This document shows positions 47,815 through 57,556 of a stretch of DNA of 64,000 bases, piece after piece (positions within the stretch are counted from its first letter, which is position 1; every line of letters starts with the position of its first letter). The position numbers and the translations under genes were made by a program. The stretch is from Candidatus Hydrogenedentota bacterium. GTDB taxonomy: Bacteria > Hydrogenedentota > Hydrogenedentia > Hydrogenedentales > SLHB01. The notes beneath the pieces were generated by a model. The model saw only the letters and a program-made list of their open reading frames with translations, searched no databases and had not been told where the DNA came from. Where the stretch lies: NCBI GenBank assembly GCA_045863335.1, contig BTVY01000031.1:30207-94206 (forward strand), given 5' to 3'.

Positions 47815-48723
47815 ATGAAACGCAAAATCGCCGTGGTTACCGTGCTGCTGGTCCTCGTCGTCGCTGGGCTCCTCGTGTGGCTCGCCATTCGGGTCGAGCG
47901 CCGGGTGGTGGGCCAGTATTTCGATTCAAAAGGCGTCCGCATCCACTTCACCGACGAGGGAGCCGGCGAGCCCGTGATACTCATTCACGGCTTCGCGGCC
48001 AATGCCGATCTGAATTGGCGCGTGCCGGGAATCACGCAGGGGTTGGCGGAGGACTATCGCGTGATCGCGCTGGACAATCGCGGCCATGGCCTTAGCGACA
48101 AACCTCACGATGTGGATGCCTACGGCATGATGATGGTCGATGACGTGATTCGGCTCATGGATCATCTCAAGATTGAAAAGGCCCACATCGTCGGCTATTC
48201 CATGGGCGGATTCATCGCGCTGAAGTTTCTTACGACTTACCCTGAGCGTGCGATCTGTGCGGCCCCCTGCGGTGCAGGCTGGGAACTTCCGGTCGATAGC
48301 GGTGACTTCAGCGACACCCTTGCCGGATCGTTAGAGGAGAACGGCGATTTCAGCCCCCTTTTCACCATGCTTGACCCGGAAGGTCAGGGGCTGGGACCGG
48401 TCGCAACGTGGCTGAGTAACCGCAAGCTGAATGCAGAGAACGACGTTTTGGCTCTCGCAGCGGCTATCCGCAGCCTTGATGCGATTGCAGTCCCGGAGGA
48501 AGCCTTGCGCGCGAATACTGTTCCCACGCTCACCGTAGTAGGGACGGACGATCCGCTTCGCGCCGGAGTCGATCGCATGACCGGCGTCATGAGCAATCAT
48601 CAAGTCATTCATATCGAAGGGGCCAACCATCTCACCGCGCTCGGGCCCGAGTTGTTGCGGCACGTGAAAGACTTCATTGCCGCGCATCCCGCCACAGGGG
48701 AGGCAATTCCGGACGCAGCATGA
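47815..48723 (+). CDS. Membrane-anchored alpha/beta hydrolase
   Basis: N-terminal TM, LIHGF, DNRGHGLS, GYSMGG nucleophile elbow, GTDD and GANH. Confidence 0.9.
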   Translation: MKRKIAVVTVLLVLVVAGLLVWLAIRVERRVVGQYFDSKGVRIHFTDEGAGEPVILIHGFAANADLNWRVPGITQGLAEDYRVIALDNRGHGLSDKPHDVDAYGMMMVDDVIRLMDHLKIEKAHIVGYSMGGFIALKFLTTYPERAICAAPCGAGWELPVDSGDFSDTLAGSLEENGDFSPLFTMLDPEGQGLGPVATWLSNRKLNAENDVLALAAAIRSLDAIAVPEEALRANTVPTLTVVGTDDPLRAGVDRMTGVMSNHQVIHIEGANHLTALGPELLRHVKDFIAAHPATGEAIPDAA

Positions 48724-48767
48724 TAGACTTGATCGACTGAACCCGCAGCAATACGAGGTACCTATCC

Positions 48768-50135
48768 ATGTTCAGTAGAATCCTGGCAATCGCCATTCTC
48801 GTCTCTGCGCTTGCGCCCTGCGCATTTTCACAGGACGTTGCCATTGCGACCTATCAGGTCGATGTGACTCCGCCGCTCGGCTCGCCGTTGTGCGGCGGCG
48901 GCGTCTTGCCCGCGCAGGTCGTGACCGACCCTTTGACGGCCCGCGGCGTCATCATTTTGCCCGAAGGCCAACAGCCCATCGTGCTGTGCGCGGTGGACTG
49001 GGTCGGCATTGCTAACAGCGGCCATGACGAGTGGCGCAACGCGTTGGCCGAAGCCGCAGGCACGGATGCGTCGCGCGTTGCGGTTCATACCTTGCATCAG
49101 CACGACGCGCCGTTCTGCGATTTCGACACGGAAGCGCTCACCGATGAACAGGGTATGGGCGGCCGTACGTTCAACGTCCCGTTCGCGCGCGAGTGCATCG
49201 AACGCACGGCCGAAGCCGTTCGCGAGGCCATGAACCAGACTACCCCCGTCACGCACGTCGGCGTCGGGACGGCGGAAGTAGAGAACGTAGCATCGAACAG
49301 GCGGGTACTGGGTCCAGACGGAAAAGTTCTGCACACGCGCTGGACGGCGACGAAAGACCCGGAAGTGCGCGCTTTCCCCGTGGGGACGATCGACCCCATG
49401 GTGAAAGCGGTCAGCTTCTGGAACGGCGACGAACCGCTCGTCGTGATGACGTACTACGCAACCCATCCGCAGAGTCACTATGGGCAAGGCGCGGTCAGCG
49501 CGGACTTCCCGGGGATGGCGCGGTCCATGCGCGAGGAAGCGCTGCCCGGCGTAAAGCACATCCATTTCAACGGCGCGGGCGGCAACGTGACGGCGGGCAA
49601 ATGGAACGACGGCTCCCCCGAGAACCGTCCTGTCCTGGCCGGGCGTCTCGCCGATGGTATGAAACGGGCTTGGGATGCTACGACGAAGACACCGTTGTCC
49701 GCCGCGGATATTCAGTGGACGGTCGATAGCGTGGTGCTGCCGCCGCGCGAGGAAGTGACGCTCGAAGACGAGCGCGCGCGGCTCGCGGATCAAGCGCTTG
49801 ACGACAACACGCGCATTCGAGCCGCCCGCGAAGTCGCGGTGTTGGAACGGCATGAAGCCGGAAAGAAGATCGACATTGCGTTGCTCCAACTGGGTCCCGC
49901 CCACATCGTGCACATGCCGGGCGAGCTTTTCATTGAATACCAACTCGCCTCGCAAGCCATGCTCCCGGAACATCCCGTCTGCATGGCGGCCTATGGCGAC
50001 TACGGCCCGGGCTACATCGGCACCACCGTTTCCTACGGCGAAGGTGGATACGAAACGGGACTCTATGTGTCCCGTACCGCGCCCTCGGTCGAGAAAGTGC
50101 TGCTTGGCTCGCTGCAAAGGTTGTTGTCGGACTAG
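48768..50135 (+). CDS. Secreted neutral/alkaline ceramidase-like metallohydrolase of unknown substrate
   Basis: Signal peptide, DVTPP.G.PL, DPL.AR, HTLHQHDAP, YYATHPQS, SADFPG, GAGGNV, MPGELFIEY and EGGYE. Confidence 0.68.
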   Translation: MFSRILAIAILVSALAPCAFSQDVAIATYQVDVTPPLGSPLCGGGVLPAQVVTDPLTARGVIILPEGQQPIVLCAVDWVGIANSGHDEWRNALAEAAGTDASRVAVHTLHQHDAPFCDFDTEALTDEQGMGGRTFNVPFARECIERTAEAVREAMNQTTPVTHVGVGTAEVENVASNRRVLGPDGKVLHTRWTATKDPEVRAFPVGTIDPMVKAVSFWNGDEPLVVMTYYATHPQSHYGQGAVSADFPGMARSMREEALPGVKHIHFNGAGGNVTAGKWNDGSPENRPVLAGRLADGMKRAWDATTKTPLSAADIQWTVDSVVLPPREEVTLEDERARLADQALDDNTRIRAAREVAVLERHEAGKKIDIALLQLGPAHIVHMPGELFIEYQLASQAMLPEHPVCMAAYGDYGPGYIGTTVSYGEGGYETGLYVSRTAPSVEKVLLGSLQRLLSD

Positions 50136-50159
50136 GCGACTCTTGATTTTGATGGGGTA

Positions 50160-52877
50160 TTGCCTCACACTTATCGCATGCGCATGGCTGCAAGGGCGAT
50201 AGGGGCGCGAGGTCTGTCCGCGTCCTGTTTACGTGTGAGCATTTGGGGAACGGTTGGTCTTTCGTTCCTGTTGAATGCCTTCGCGCAGGATGTTCCCTCA
50301 ACCAGCGTTGAACAACGCATCCAAACCCTCGAAGCGGTCCTCGATTTCGTTGCGGAGCTTCGCGACGAGAGCGAATCTTCTGCCGAATCCGCGCTGTTTA
50401 CACAACGCGTCGAGCCGATTCTTTCGGAGCACTGCTTCTCCTGCCACCAACCCGGCAAGACGCGCGCCGGTCTCGACCTGACTTCGCGCGATGCGTTGTT
50501 GCAAGGGGGCGATAGCGGCCCCGCCATTGTTTCCGGAAACGCCGCCGAGAGCTTGTTGATGCGGCTGGTTCGGCACGAGCAGGAACCCGCCATGCCGCAC
50601 AAGACCGACCCGCTTCCGGCGGATGCGATTGCGGTGTTGGAAGCGTGGATCGATGCAGGCGCTCCATTCGGCGCGGTAGAAGTCGCCGCCAACGCTGAAA
50701 CGGATGAGCTGCGCGTGACCGATGCGGATCGGGCCTTCTGGTCCTTCGCGCCGTTGTCCGAAGCCCAGCCGCCAACCGTAGGCAACGAGAGTTGGGTGCG
50801 CACGCCTGTCGATCGCTTCATACTCGCAGCGCAGGAAGCCGCGGGGATCGGACCCGCGGCGGAAGCTGATCGCCGCACGCTCATTCGGCGCGTGTATTTC
50901 GATCTGATTGGGTTGCCGCCGGACCCGGAAGCGGTCGAGACTTTCATCGACGATCCCGACCCGCAAGCCTACGAGAAGCTGGTCGATCAACTGCTCGATG
51001 ATCCCCGGTACGGCGAGCGCTGGGCGCGCCATTGGCTCGACGTGGCCCGCTACGCGGACAGCGGCGGCTACGAATTTGATGTGGAACGTCCCACCGCCTA
51101 TCACTACCGCGACTTCGTCATCCGCGCGCTCAACGAAGACCTGCCGTACGACCAGTTCGTGCAATGGCAGATCGCGGGCGACGAGTACGAGCCCGACAAT
51201 CCTTCAGCCATTGCCGCGACCGGCTTCTGCACGAGCGGCCCGACGATCTCGAACCAGGAAAATGAGAAGAATCGCTACGACGAGTTGGACGACGTGCTCA
51301 GCACGACGGGCTCGGCCTTTCTGGGGTTGACCGTGTCCTGCGCGCGGTGCCACGATCATAAGTATGACCCCATTCCGCAACGCGACTACTACCGCATGCT
51401 ATCCGCGTTCACATCGTCCAAGCGGCACGACGCCTATCTCACTTCGCGGGATGCCACGGAGAAGTACCAGGAGGAGCAAGCGGCGTGGGACGTGCAGCAT
51501 AGGACTGCGGTCGACGCACTGACCGCCTTTGCCGCGCCGCTGCGCGAGCCAATTCGGATTGCGAAGATCGAAGCGCTTCCAATCGGCGACGACGAAAAAG
51601 CGCTATTGCTCGCGCCGCTGGACGACAAGAACGAAGCGCAAAATAAGCTGCTTGAGACTCACGCGAAAGCGTTGGCTGTTTCCGACGAAGAGTTACGCGC
51701 ATCACTCGGTGAATCCAGCCAGGCGCATTGGGACGAGCTGGTGGCCGCGGTCACGGAAATGGAATCCAACAAACCGGTGGCGCCGCCGAAGGCGCTCGCG
51801 TTGACCGACGCGGGCGCGGAACCAGTCGAAAGTTATCTCCTCGCGCGCGGCGATCCCAATGCCAAGCAGGAGACGATCGAACTCGGGTTTCTCACCGTGC
51901 TGCCCGGTGGACAAGCGGACTCGTTTCAGCCAGCCGTATGGAAGCCCGAAAACGCCACGACGACCTTCCGCCGCCGCGCGCTCGCGGAATGGTTGACCGA
52001 TGTCGATCAAGGCGCGGGCCGCTTGACCGCGCGCGTTATCGTGAACCGGTTGTGGCACCACCATTTCGGCCACGGCATTGTGCGCACCCCCAACGATTTC
52101 GGCATGCAAGGCGACCGGCCTTCTCATCCCGAGTTGCTCGACTGGCTGGCCTCCGAATTGATTCGCCGCGATTGGAATCTCAAGGCGATTCACCGCTGCA
52201 TCGTGCTCAGCAGCACCTACCGCCAATCGAATGCATACGACGCCGCCAAGGCCGCCATCGATCCCGACAACCGTCTACTCTGGCACCGGCGTCCCGTTCG
52301 CCTCGAAGCTGAGGCCGTGCGCGACGCCATGCTCGCCGTGAGCGATTGCATCAATCGCGAAATGTACGGTCCGGGCGTGTTTCCGTACGTTCATCCCGAC
52401 GCGATCGCGACGGGGTCGACGGGCAAGTGGCCGGTGGATGTGGTCGACGGTCCCGAGACATGGCGGCGCAGTGTCTACATCTTCATCCGCCGTTCCGCGC
52501 GCTTTCCCATGATGGAAGCCTTCGACATGCCGGACACGACCAGCAGTTGCGGACGCCGCATTCCCACGACCACGCCGACGCAGTCGCTGGCGCTGCTAAA
52601 CAGCCGATTCGTCAACGAACAGGCCGGGCACCTTGCGGCGCGGCTGATCGACGAAGCGCCGGAGAACGCGAACGAATGCATTCGTACCGCATTCCACCTG
52701 ACGCTGGGCAGGAGCCCCAAGGATTCTGAACTGGCCCGATGCGCCTCGTTTCTCGAAGAACAAACCAATCGCTATCGCGAACGCGAGCCGGAATCCGATC
52801 CCGGACCCGAGCGCCGCGCGTTGATCGACCTGTGCCAGACCTTGCTGAGTCTCAATGAATTCGTCTACGTGAACTGA
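50160..52877 (+). CDS. Planctomycete cytochrome c + DUF1549 (PSCyt2) + DUF1553 (PSD1) protein
   Basis: HCFSCH, RRVYFDLIGLPP, YGERWARHWLDVARYADS, CARCHDHKYDP, NRLW.HHFG.GIV.TP.DFG, PSHPELLDWLA and RLEAE.VRD. Start is uncertain. Confidence 0.92.
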   Translation: MPHTYRMRMAARAIGARGLSASCLRVSIWGTVGLSFLLNAFAQDVPSTSVEQRIQTLEAVLDFVAELRDESESSAESALFTQRVEPILSEHCFSCHQPGKTRAGLDLTSRDALLQGGDSGPAIVSGNAAESLLMRLVRHEQEPAMPHKTDPLPADAIAVLEAWIDAGAPFGAVEVAANAETDELRVTDADRAFWSFAPLSEAQPPTVGNESWVRTPVDRFILAAQEAAGIGPAAEADRRTLIRRVYFDLIGLPPDPEAVETFIDDPDPQAYEKLVDQLLDDPRYGERWARHWLDVARYADSGGYEFDVERPTAYHYRDFVIRALNEDLPYDQFVQWQIAGDEYEPDNPSAIAATGFCTSGPTISNQENEKNRYDELDDVLSTTGSAFLGLTVSCARCHDHKYDPIPQRDYYRMLSAFTSSKRHDAYLTSRDATEKYQEEQAAWDVQHRTAVDALTAFAAPLREPIRIAKIEALPIGDDEKALLLAPLDDKNEAQNKLLETHAKALAVSDEELRASLGESSQAHWDELVAAVTEMESNKPVAPPKALALTDAGAEPVESYLLARGDPNAKQETIELGFLTVLPGGQADSFQPAVWKPENATTTFRRRALAEWLTDVDQGAGRLTARVIVNRLWHHHFGHGIVRTPNDFGMQGDRPSHPELLDWLASELIRRDWNLKAIHRCIVLSSTYRQSNAYDAAKAAIDPDNRLLWHRRPVRLEAEAVRDAMLAVSDCINREMYGPGVFPYVHPDAIATGSTGKWPVDVVDGPETWRRSVYIFIRRSARFPMMEAFDMPDTTSSCGRRIPTTTPTQSLALLNSRFVNEQAGHLAARLIDEAPENANECIRTAFHLTLGRSPKDSELARCASFLEEQTNRYREREPESDPGPERRALIDLCQTLLSLNEFVYVN

Positions 52878-52890
52878 ATGGAGCTGACCG

Positions 52891-54363
52891 ATGTGGCAAT
52901 CTCATTCAACCGGACCTGAGCAAGCGCCACGGTGTTGCGACTTTGGCCGCAGCGAAGCGGTCTCCAATCGCCGCGACTTTCTGAAGCGCTGCGGCGCCGG
53001 ATTCGGCATGCTCGGTCTTGCGGGGCTGTTGGAATCCCACGGCATGCTCGCGAGCGCCGAAACCGCCGCGCCGAGTCTGCTCCAGCCGCACTTCCCCGGC
53101 AAGGCGAAGTCGGTCATCTTTCTCTTCATGTACGGGGGGCCGAGCGCTGTCGATCTTTTCGATTACAAACCGGACCTCGACAAGCACGACGGCAAGAAGC
53201 TCGACTGGAAAGGCGAACTGGACACCTTCAACCCCAATCCGGGGCCTTTGATGAAGTCGCCGTACGCATTCAAGCAGTACGGCGAAAGCGGCGCCTGGGT
53301 GTCGGAGAAGTATCCCGCCCTGGCGAATTGCGTGGACGATATCGCCTTCATCAAGTCCTGCTATTGCGAGAGCAACAATCACGCACCCGCTTTGTTCCAA
53401 ATGAACACCGGGATGACGCGCGTCGGGTTTCCCAGCATGGGCTCGTGGCTGTGTTACGGACTCGGCTCGGAAAACAACAGCCTGCCCGGTTACGTGGTCA
53501 TGTACGACCCGCGCGGCGGCCCCATCGGCGGACCGCAAAACTGGGGCGCGGGATTTCTCCCGAGCACCTATCAGGCGACTCCGTTCCGCTCATCGGGAAC
53601 GCCCATCCTTAATCTCAATCCGCAGCGAGGCATGACGTCAGACGACCAGCGCGCGCAGCTTGATCTCCTGGGAGAACTCAACGCCGTTCACGCAGCCGAG
53701 CACCCCGGCGAAGCGGACCTCTTGGCCCGCATCGAAAGCTACGAGCTGGCCTTCCGCATGCAGATGGAAGCGCCGGAAGCGGTCGATTTGTCGGCGGAAT
53801 CGGAACACACCAAACGTCTCTACGGCATGGACAAGGACGAAACCAGATACTTCGGCACCCAACTGCTCATCGCGCGGCGGCTCGTCGAGCGGGGCGTGCG
53901 TTTCGTGCAGGTTTACAGTGGCGGCGGCCATCAGCAAGAGAGCTGGGATGCCCACTATGGACTCAAAGTAAACCACGACATGCATTGCGCGGAGACAGAC
54001 GTGCCCATGGCGGGTCTGATCGCCGATCTCAAGCAACGCGGGCTGCTCGACGAGACGCTGATCGTCTGGGGCGGCGAGTTCGGGCGTCTACCGGTATCGC
54101 AAGGCAGCATTGGCCGCGACCACAACCCGGACGGATTCCTCATGTGGATGGCGGGCGGCGGCATCAAAGGCGGCGTGAGCCACGGCGAAACCGACGAGGT
54201 CGGCTACCGCGCCGAAGTCGACCGCGTGAGTGTCCACGATCTCCACGCGACCATCCTCGACCGCCTTGGCATCGACCACACGCGTCTCACCTACGAACAC
54301 AACGGCCGCCGTTATCGGCTCACGGACGTGGCGGGGGAAGTGATTAAGCCGATTCTGGCGTGA
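52891..54363 (+). CDS. Tat-exported DUF1501 protein
   Basis: NRRDFLK, KAKSVIFLFM.GGPS..DLFD.KP, YELAFRMQ, ARRLVERGVRFVQ, GGEFGR.P, GRDHN and HDLHATIL. Confidence 0.93.
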   Translation: MWQSHSTGPEQAPRCCDFGRSEAVSNRRDFLKRCGAGFGMLGLAGLLESHGMLASAETAAPSLLQPHFPGKAKSVIFLFMYGGPSAVDLFDYKPDLDKHDGKKLDWKGELDTFNPNPGPLMKSPYAFKQYGESGAWVSEKYPALANCVDDIAFIKSCYCESNNHAPALFQMNTGMTRVGFPSMGSWLCYGLGSENNSLPGYVVMYDPRGGPIGGPQNWGAGFLPSTYQATPFRSSGTPILNLNPQRGMTSDDQRAQLDLLGELNAVHAAEHPGEADLLARIESYELAFRMQMEAPEAVDLSAESEHTKRLYGMDKDETRYFGTQLLIARRLVERGVRFVQVYSGGGHQQESWDAHYGLKVNHDMHCAETDVPMAGLIADLKQRGLLDETLIVWGGEFGRLPVSQGSIGRDHNPDGFLMWMAGGGIKGGVSHGETDEVGYRAEVDRVSVHDLHATILDRLGIDHTRLTYEHNGRRYRLTDVAGEVIKPILA

Positions 54364-54384
54364 GGCGGTGTATCCGCGGTGGGG

Positions 54385-54420
54385 AATAGGACGTATAGGA
54401 CGAATAGGACCAATGGGACC
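54385..54420 (+). repeat. Nonamer tandem repeat (A/T)AT(A/G)GGAC(G/C) x4
   Basis: aataggacg tataggacg aataggacc aatgggacc. Confidence 0.75.
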
Positions 54421-54586
54421 TAAGATGTCTGTTCAATAACCTACGAAAAGCCGTGGCCATTCTGCTGTTCCTGCTGGCCGTCCGGTCCCTGTTGTCCCTG
54501 CAGTCCCTCTAGTCATTCGCCCTTGGCCATGTCCAATTGCTATGGTTAACCCCAGCTACAGATTCCTCTAATCCGGGGTTATCGCC

Positions 54587-57547
54587 ATGCTACTGAGAAC
54601 CTGTCTTCTTGTCTTTGTCTGCGTATCCGCTGCAATTTCGGTCCATGCCCAGGAAATCCTCGGCGTTCCGTTGAAACCCGATCCGCCTATCGCCGTTGAC
54701 GGCGATCTCGGAGACTGGAGTTCGGTGCCGAACGCCATCCCCCTGAGCAACGTGGAGCAGGTGGTTTGGGGCGCGGGCATGTGGAGCGACGCCAATGATC
54801 TGAGTGGGACGGTACACCTGGCCTGGCGGCACGAGTACCTGTTCATCGCCGCTGAAGTCACCGACGAGACCGTGCGCCAGACCCAGCGCGGCGATTCGTT
54901 GTGGAAGGGCGACCACATCGAAATCTATCTCGACGTTTTTCCGGATACCGAACCAGACCGCACCGCCTTTGGTGAAGGCCAGTTTCAGATCGCCGCCAGC
55001 CCTGGAAACTTCGGGCAGACCGGAGACGCGTTGCTGGACACCGCGCCCGAGGTGTTCGTCTATCAACCCCAAACCGGCCCAGCGCAAGGCGCGTTAATCG
55101 CATCCGAACGAACCGAACGCGGATACGTAATTGAAGTCGCGCTGCCCTGGGCGCTGCTTGGTGTGGAGCCGAGCGACGGAATGACCCTGCGCGTGGAGGT
55201 CGGCTTGTCCGATACCGACAGTCCCGAACCCGCGCAGGAAGTCCTGATGACCGCCTCCGCAGACGCGTGGGAGCATACGCGCTCCCGCCTGCGGCTGGCC
55301 GCGCTGGCGGGAACCGACGGCGTCGCCAAGCCTGCCGCACAGGAACTACCCGTATTCGACGACTCCGAACTTGCACAGGGCGCGACGCAGGACTTCGCTT
55401 TTGCGGTCGACGAAGTTCCCCCGGGCAAAGAAGCGATCCTCGCGCTGAAGGCGCGCATGCAGACCGAACGCGTCGCCGGACATACCCCGGCCTTACGCGT
55501 GTACGTCAACGACGAAGTCATCGACAGCGATCGCCTCGTCAACAAACCGCTCCGCGCCAAGTCGCGCGGAGGCGATGTGTACTCCCTGGCCGCGGGCGAC
55601 CGGTTCTCCACGTACTACAGTCCCGACTTCGAAAGCCCGGACTCCGACAACCACTACGGGTTGCTCGACGGCATCAGCGCCTGCGAATTCGAATTGATCG
55701 TGTCCGATCTGGTCCGCATCGGCGAGAACACGCTGCGCATCGAAAACGCCGCCGCCGAGTCCGTCGACAATCCGCTCGTCGTGGCCGATGGCAAGCTGTT
55801 GTTCCGCCCGCCGCAGCCTGCCGCGGCCGCCAAGGCCGGTCCTCCGGCCGGTCCGCTGAATCGATACTCGCCCGCGTCGAAACCAGTCGCGTTTGAAGCC
55901 AAGAATGTGGGGGAGGGCGTGATCCGCATTACAGTAGGCGATGACTCCTATGAAGTGGCATCGCGATTCTCCACGCCCAAACCGGAATGGGTTCATGGCT
56001 CCAACGACTACTTTGCATTTAACCGCGCCATGGAAATCAGGGACGGCGCGGTCATCGTGCGCGATACGTTCTCGAATCAAACGAACGAGAACCTGCCGAT
56101 CATGCAACGCCACGAGGTCGCGCTGGATGCCCGCATGAAAGGCCTGTGGCTCTCGGGTCTCGAACAGGCGGCGTTGAGCGGAACCACCAACGAACCGGGT
56201 AACCCGACGACCTTTGCGTCGACCGAGACGACGGGAATCGGACTGCTGCCGTTGAGCGATGTCATGCGCGTGCATGCCGCCAACTACGGCGTCGACGGCA
56301 TGGTGGGTCTCGCGGACAACAACTTCGTCTTGCAACCCGGAGCCGCCTACACCGCGGAATGGGCGATCGTGCCCGCCGATACGCCGGATTACTGGCGCTT
56401 TCTCAATGCGGCGCGTCCACTCGTCGGCGCGAACTTCCTCATCGACGGCGGCTTTGCCTTCTTCCGGGCGGGTCCGCTGACCGACGAATGGTCCGACGAG
56501 CAGACCACGAACTTCATCCGCTTCAAGGACGCGACGTACGCCTGCGCATCCATCGACTACCCGCGGTACAACGGCCAGTATCCCCACGGGACGGCCTTCC
56601 AGCGCATCAACCACGACAACTACCGCAACGCCTTTGCGCGCCGCCGCGAACTCGTGCCGGGGATTCAAAATCTCGTCTACTTCCACTGCTTCATCGACGT
56701 GACGGAAGACGGACCCGATCGTTTTGCTGATGCGCGACTCCTGCGGCCCGACGGAACGCAGGCGGACTACGGCGAAGCAGTACACAAGATCTACTTGCCT
56801 TTAGATACCAACTCCTACGGCCCGGAGATCGCGAAGAATGTCGACGTGATCCTCGAAGACATCGGCGCAGAAGGAGTGTATTGGGACGAACACGAGTACA
56901 GCCGCTGGACTTATCACTACGGCGAGCCCTGGGACGGATACACCGGCGACATCGATCCCTCGACCATGAAGGTCACGCGGTTGAAGTCCTCGGTTACATT
57001 GTTGACCGAATCCTGGCGGTTGGGCCTCGCCAAACGCATCCTCGCGGCGGGGCCGCTCATCGGCAATGGTGCGCCGTACACGCAGGCCATGGTGAGCCTG
57101 CAGTTCCCATGCTTCGTCGAGACGGGGAGCATCACGCACTGCACCAAGGCTCATCTCTATTCGCCCATCGCCCTCGGCGATCACCTGACGGAACGCAGCG
57201 AACTCGACGCCTACCGCACGATGCTGGCCGCGCTGGACTACGGCTGCGTTTATCATTGGTATAACGACATGACCGTGATTCCCACGCATCCCCACCTGAC
57301 GCGGTACATGTTTCCCATCACGCCGCTGGAACTGCACGAGGGCTACCTCATCGGCAAGGAACGCATCATCACCAACAAGAGCGGACTCTTCGGGTGGGGC
57401 GACGCGTCGGAACACGAAGTCCACGTCTTCGACGATGCGGGCCGCGAGGTGGAGGACTTCGATGCGCCAATGGTGACGATCGATGGCGCAACATATACGG
57501 AACTGCGGATCGCGAAAGACTGGTCGGCGGCCATCATCCGCAAGTAG
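54587..57547 (+). CDS. Large secreted protein: CBM9/DOMON-like domain + putative glycoside hydrolase barrel
   Basis: Signal peptide; VDGDLGDW, LFIAAEVTD, GDHIEIYLD and YVIEVALPW (CBM9-like); C-terminal GAEGVYWDE. Confidence 0.65.
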   Translation: MLLRTCLLVFVCVSAAISVHAQEILGVPLKPDPPIAVDGDLGDWSSVPNAIPLSNVEQVVWGAGMWSDANDLSGTVHLAWRHEYLFIAAEVTDETVRQTQRGDSLWKGDHIEIYLDVFPDTEPDRTAFGEGQFQIAASPGNFGQTGDALLDTAPEVFVYQPQTGPAQGALIASERTERGYVIEVALPWALLGVEPSDGMTLRVEVGLSDTDSPEPAQEVLMTASADAWEHTRSRLRLAALAGTDGVAKPAAQELPVFDDSELAQGATQDFAFAVDEVPPGKEAILALKARMQTERVAGHTPALRVYVNDEVIDSDRLVNKPLRAKSRGGDVYSLAAGDRFSTYYSPDFESPDSDNHYGLLDGISACEFELIVSDLVRIGENTLRIENAAAESVDNPLVVADGKLLFRPPQPAAAAKAGPPAGPLNRYSPASKPVAFEAKNVGEGVIRITVGDDSYEVASRFSTPKPEWVHGSNDYFAFNRAMEIRDGAVIVRDTFSNQTNENLPIMQRHEVALDARMKGLWLSGLEQAALSGTTNEPGNPTTFASTETTGIGLLPLSDVMRVHAANYGVDGMVGLADNNFVLQPGAAYTAEWAIVPADTPDYWRFLNAARPLVGANFLIDGGFAFFRAGPLTDEWSDEQTTNFIRFKDATYACASIDYPRYNGQYPHGTAFQRINHDNYRNAFARRRELVPGIQNLVYFHCFIDVTEDGPDRFADARLLRPDGTQADYGEAVHKIYLPLDTNSYGPEIAKNVDVILEDIGAEGVYWDEHEYSRWTYHYGEPWDGYTGDIDPSTMKVTRLKSSVTLLTESWRLGLAKRILAAGPLIGNGAPYTQAMVSLQFPCFVETGSITHCTKAHLYSPIALGDHLTERSELDAYRTMLAALDYGCVYHWYNDMTVIPTHPHLTRYMFPITPLELHEGYLIGKERIITNKSGLFGWGDASEHEVHVFDDAGREVEDFDAPMVTIDGATYTELRIAKDWSAAIIRK

Positions 57548-57556
57548 GGGGTAACT

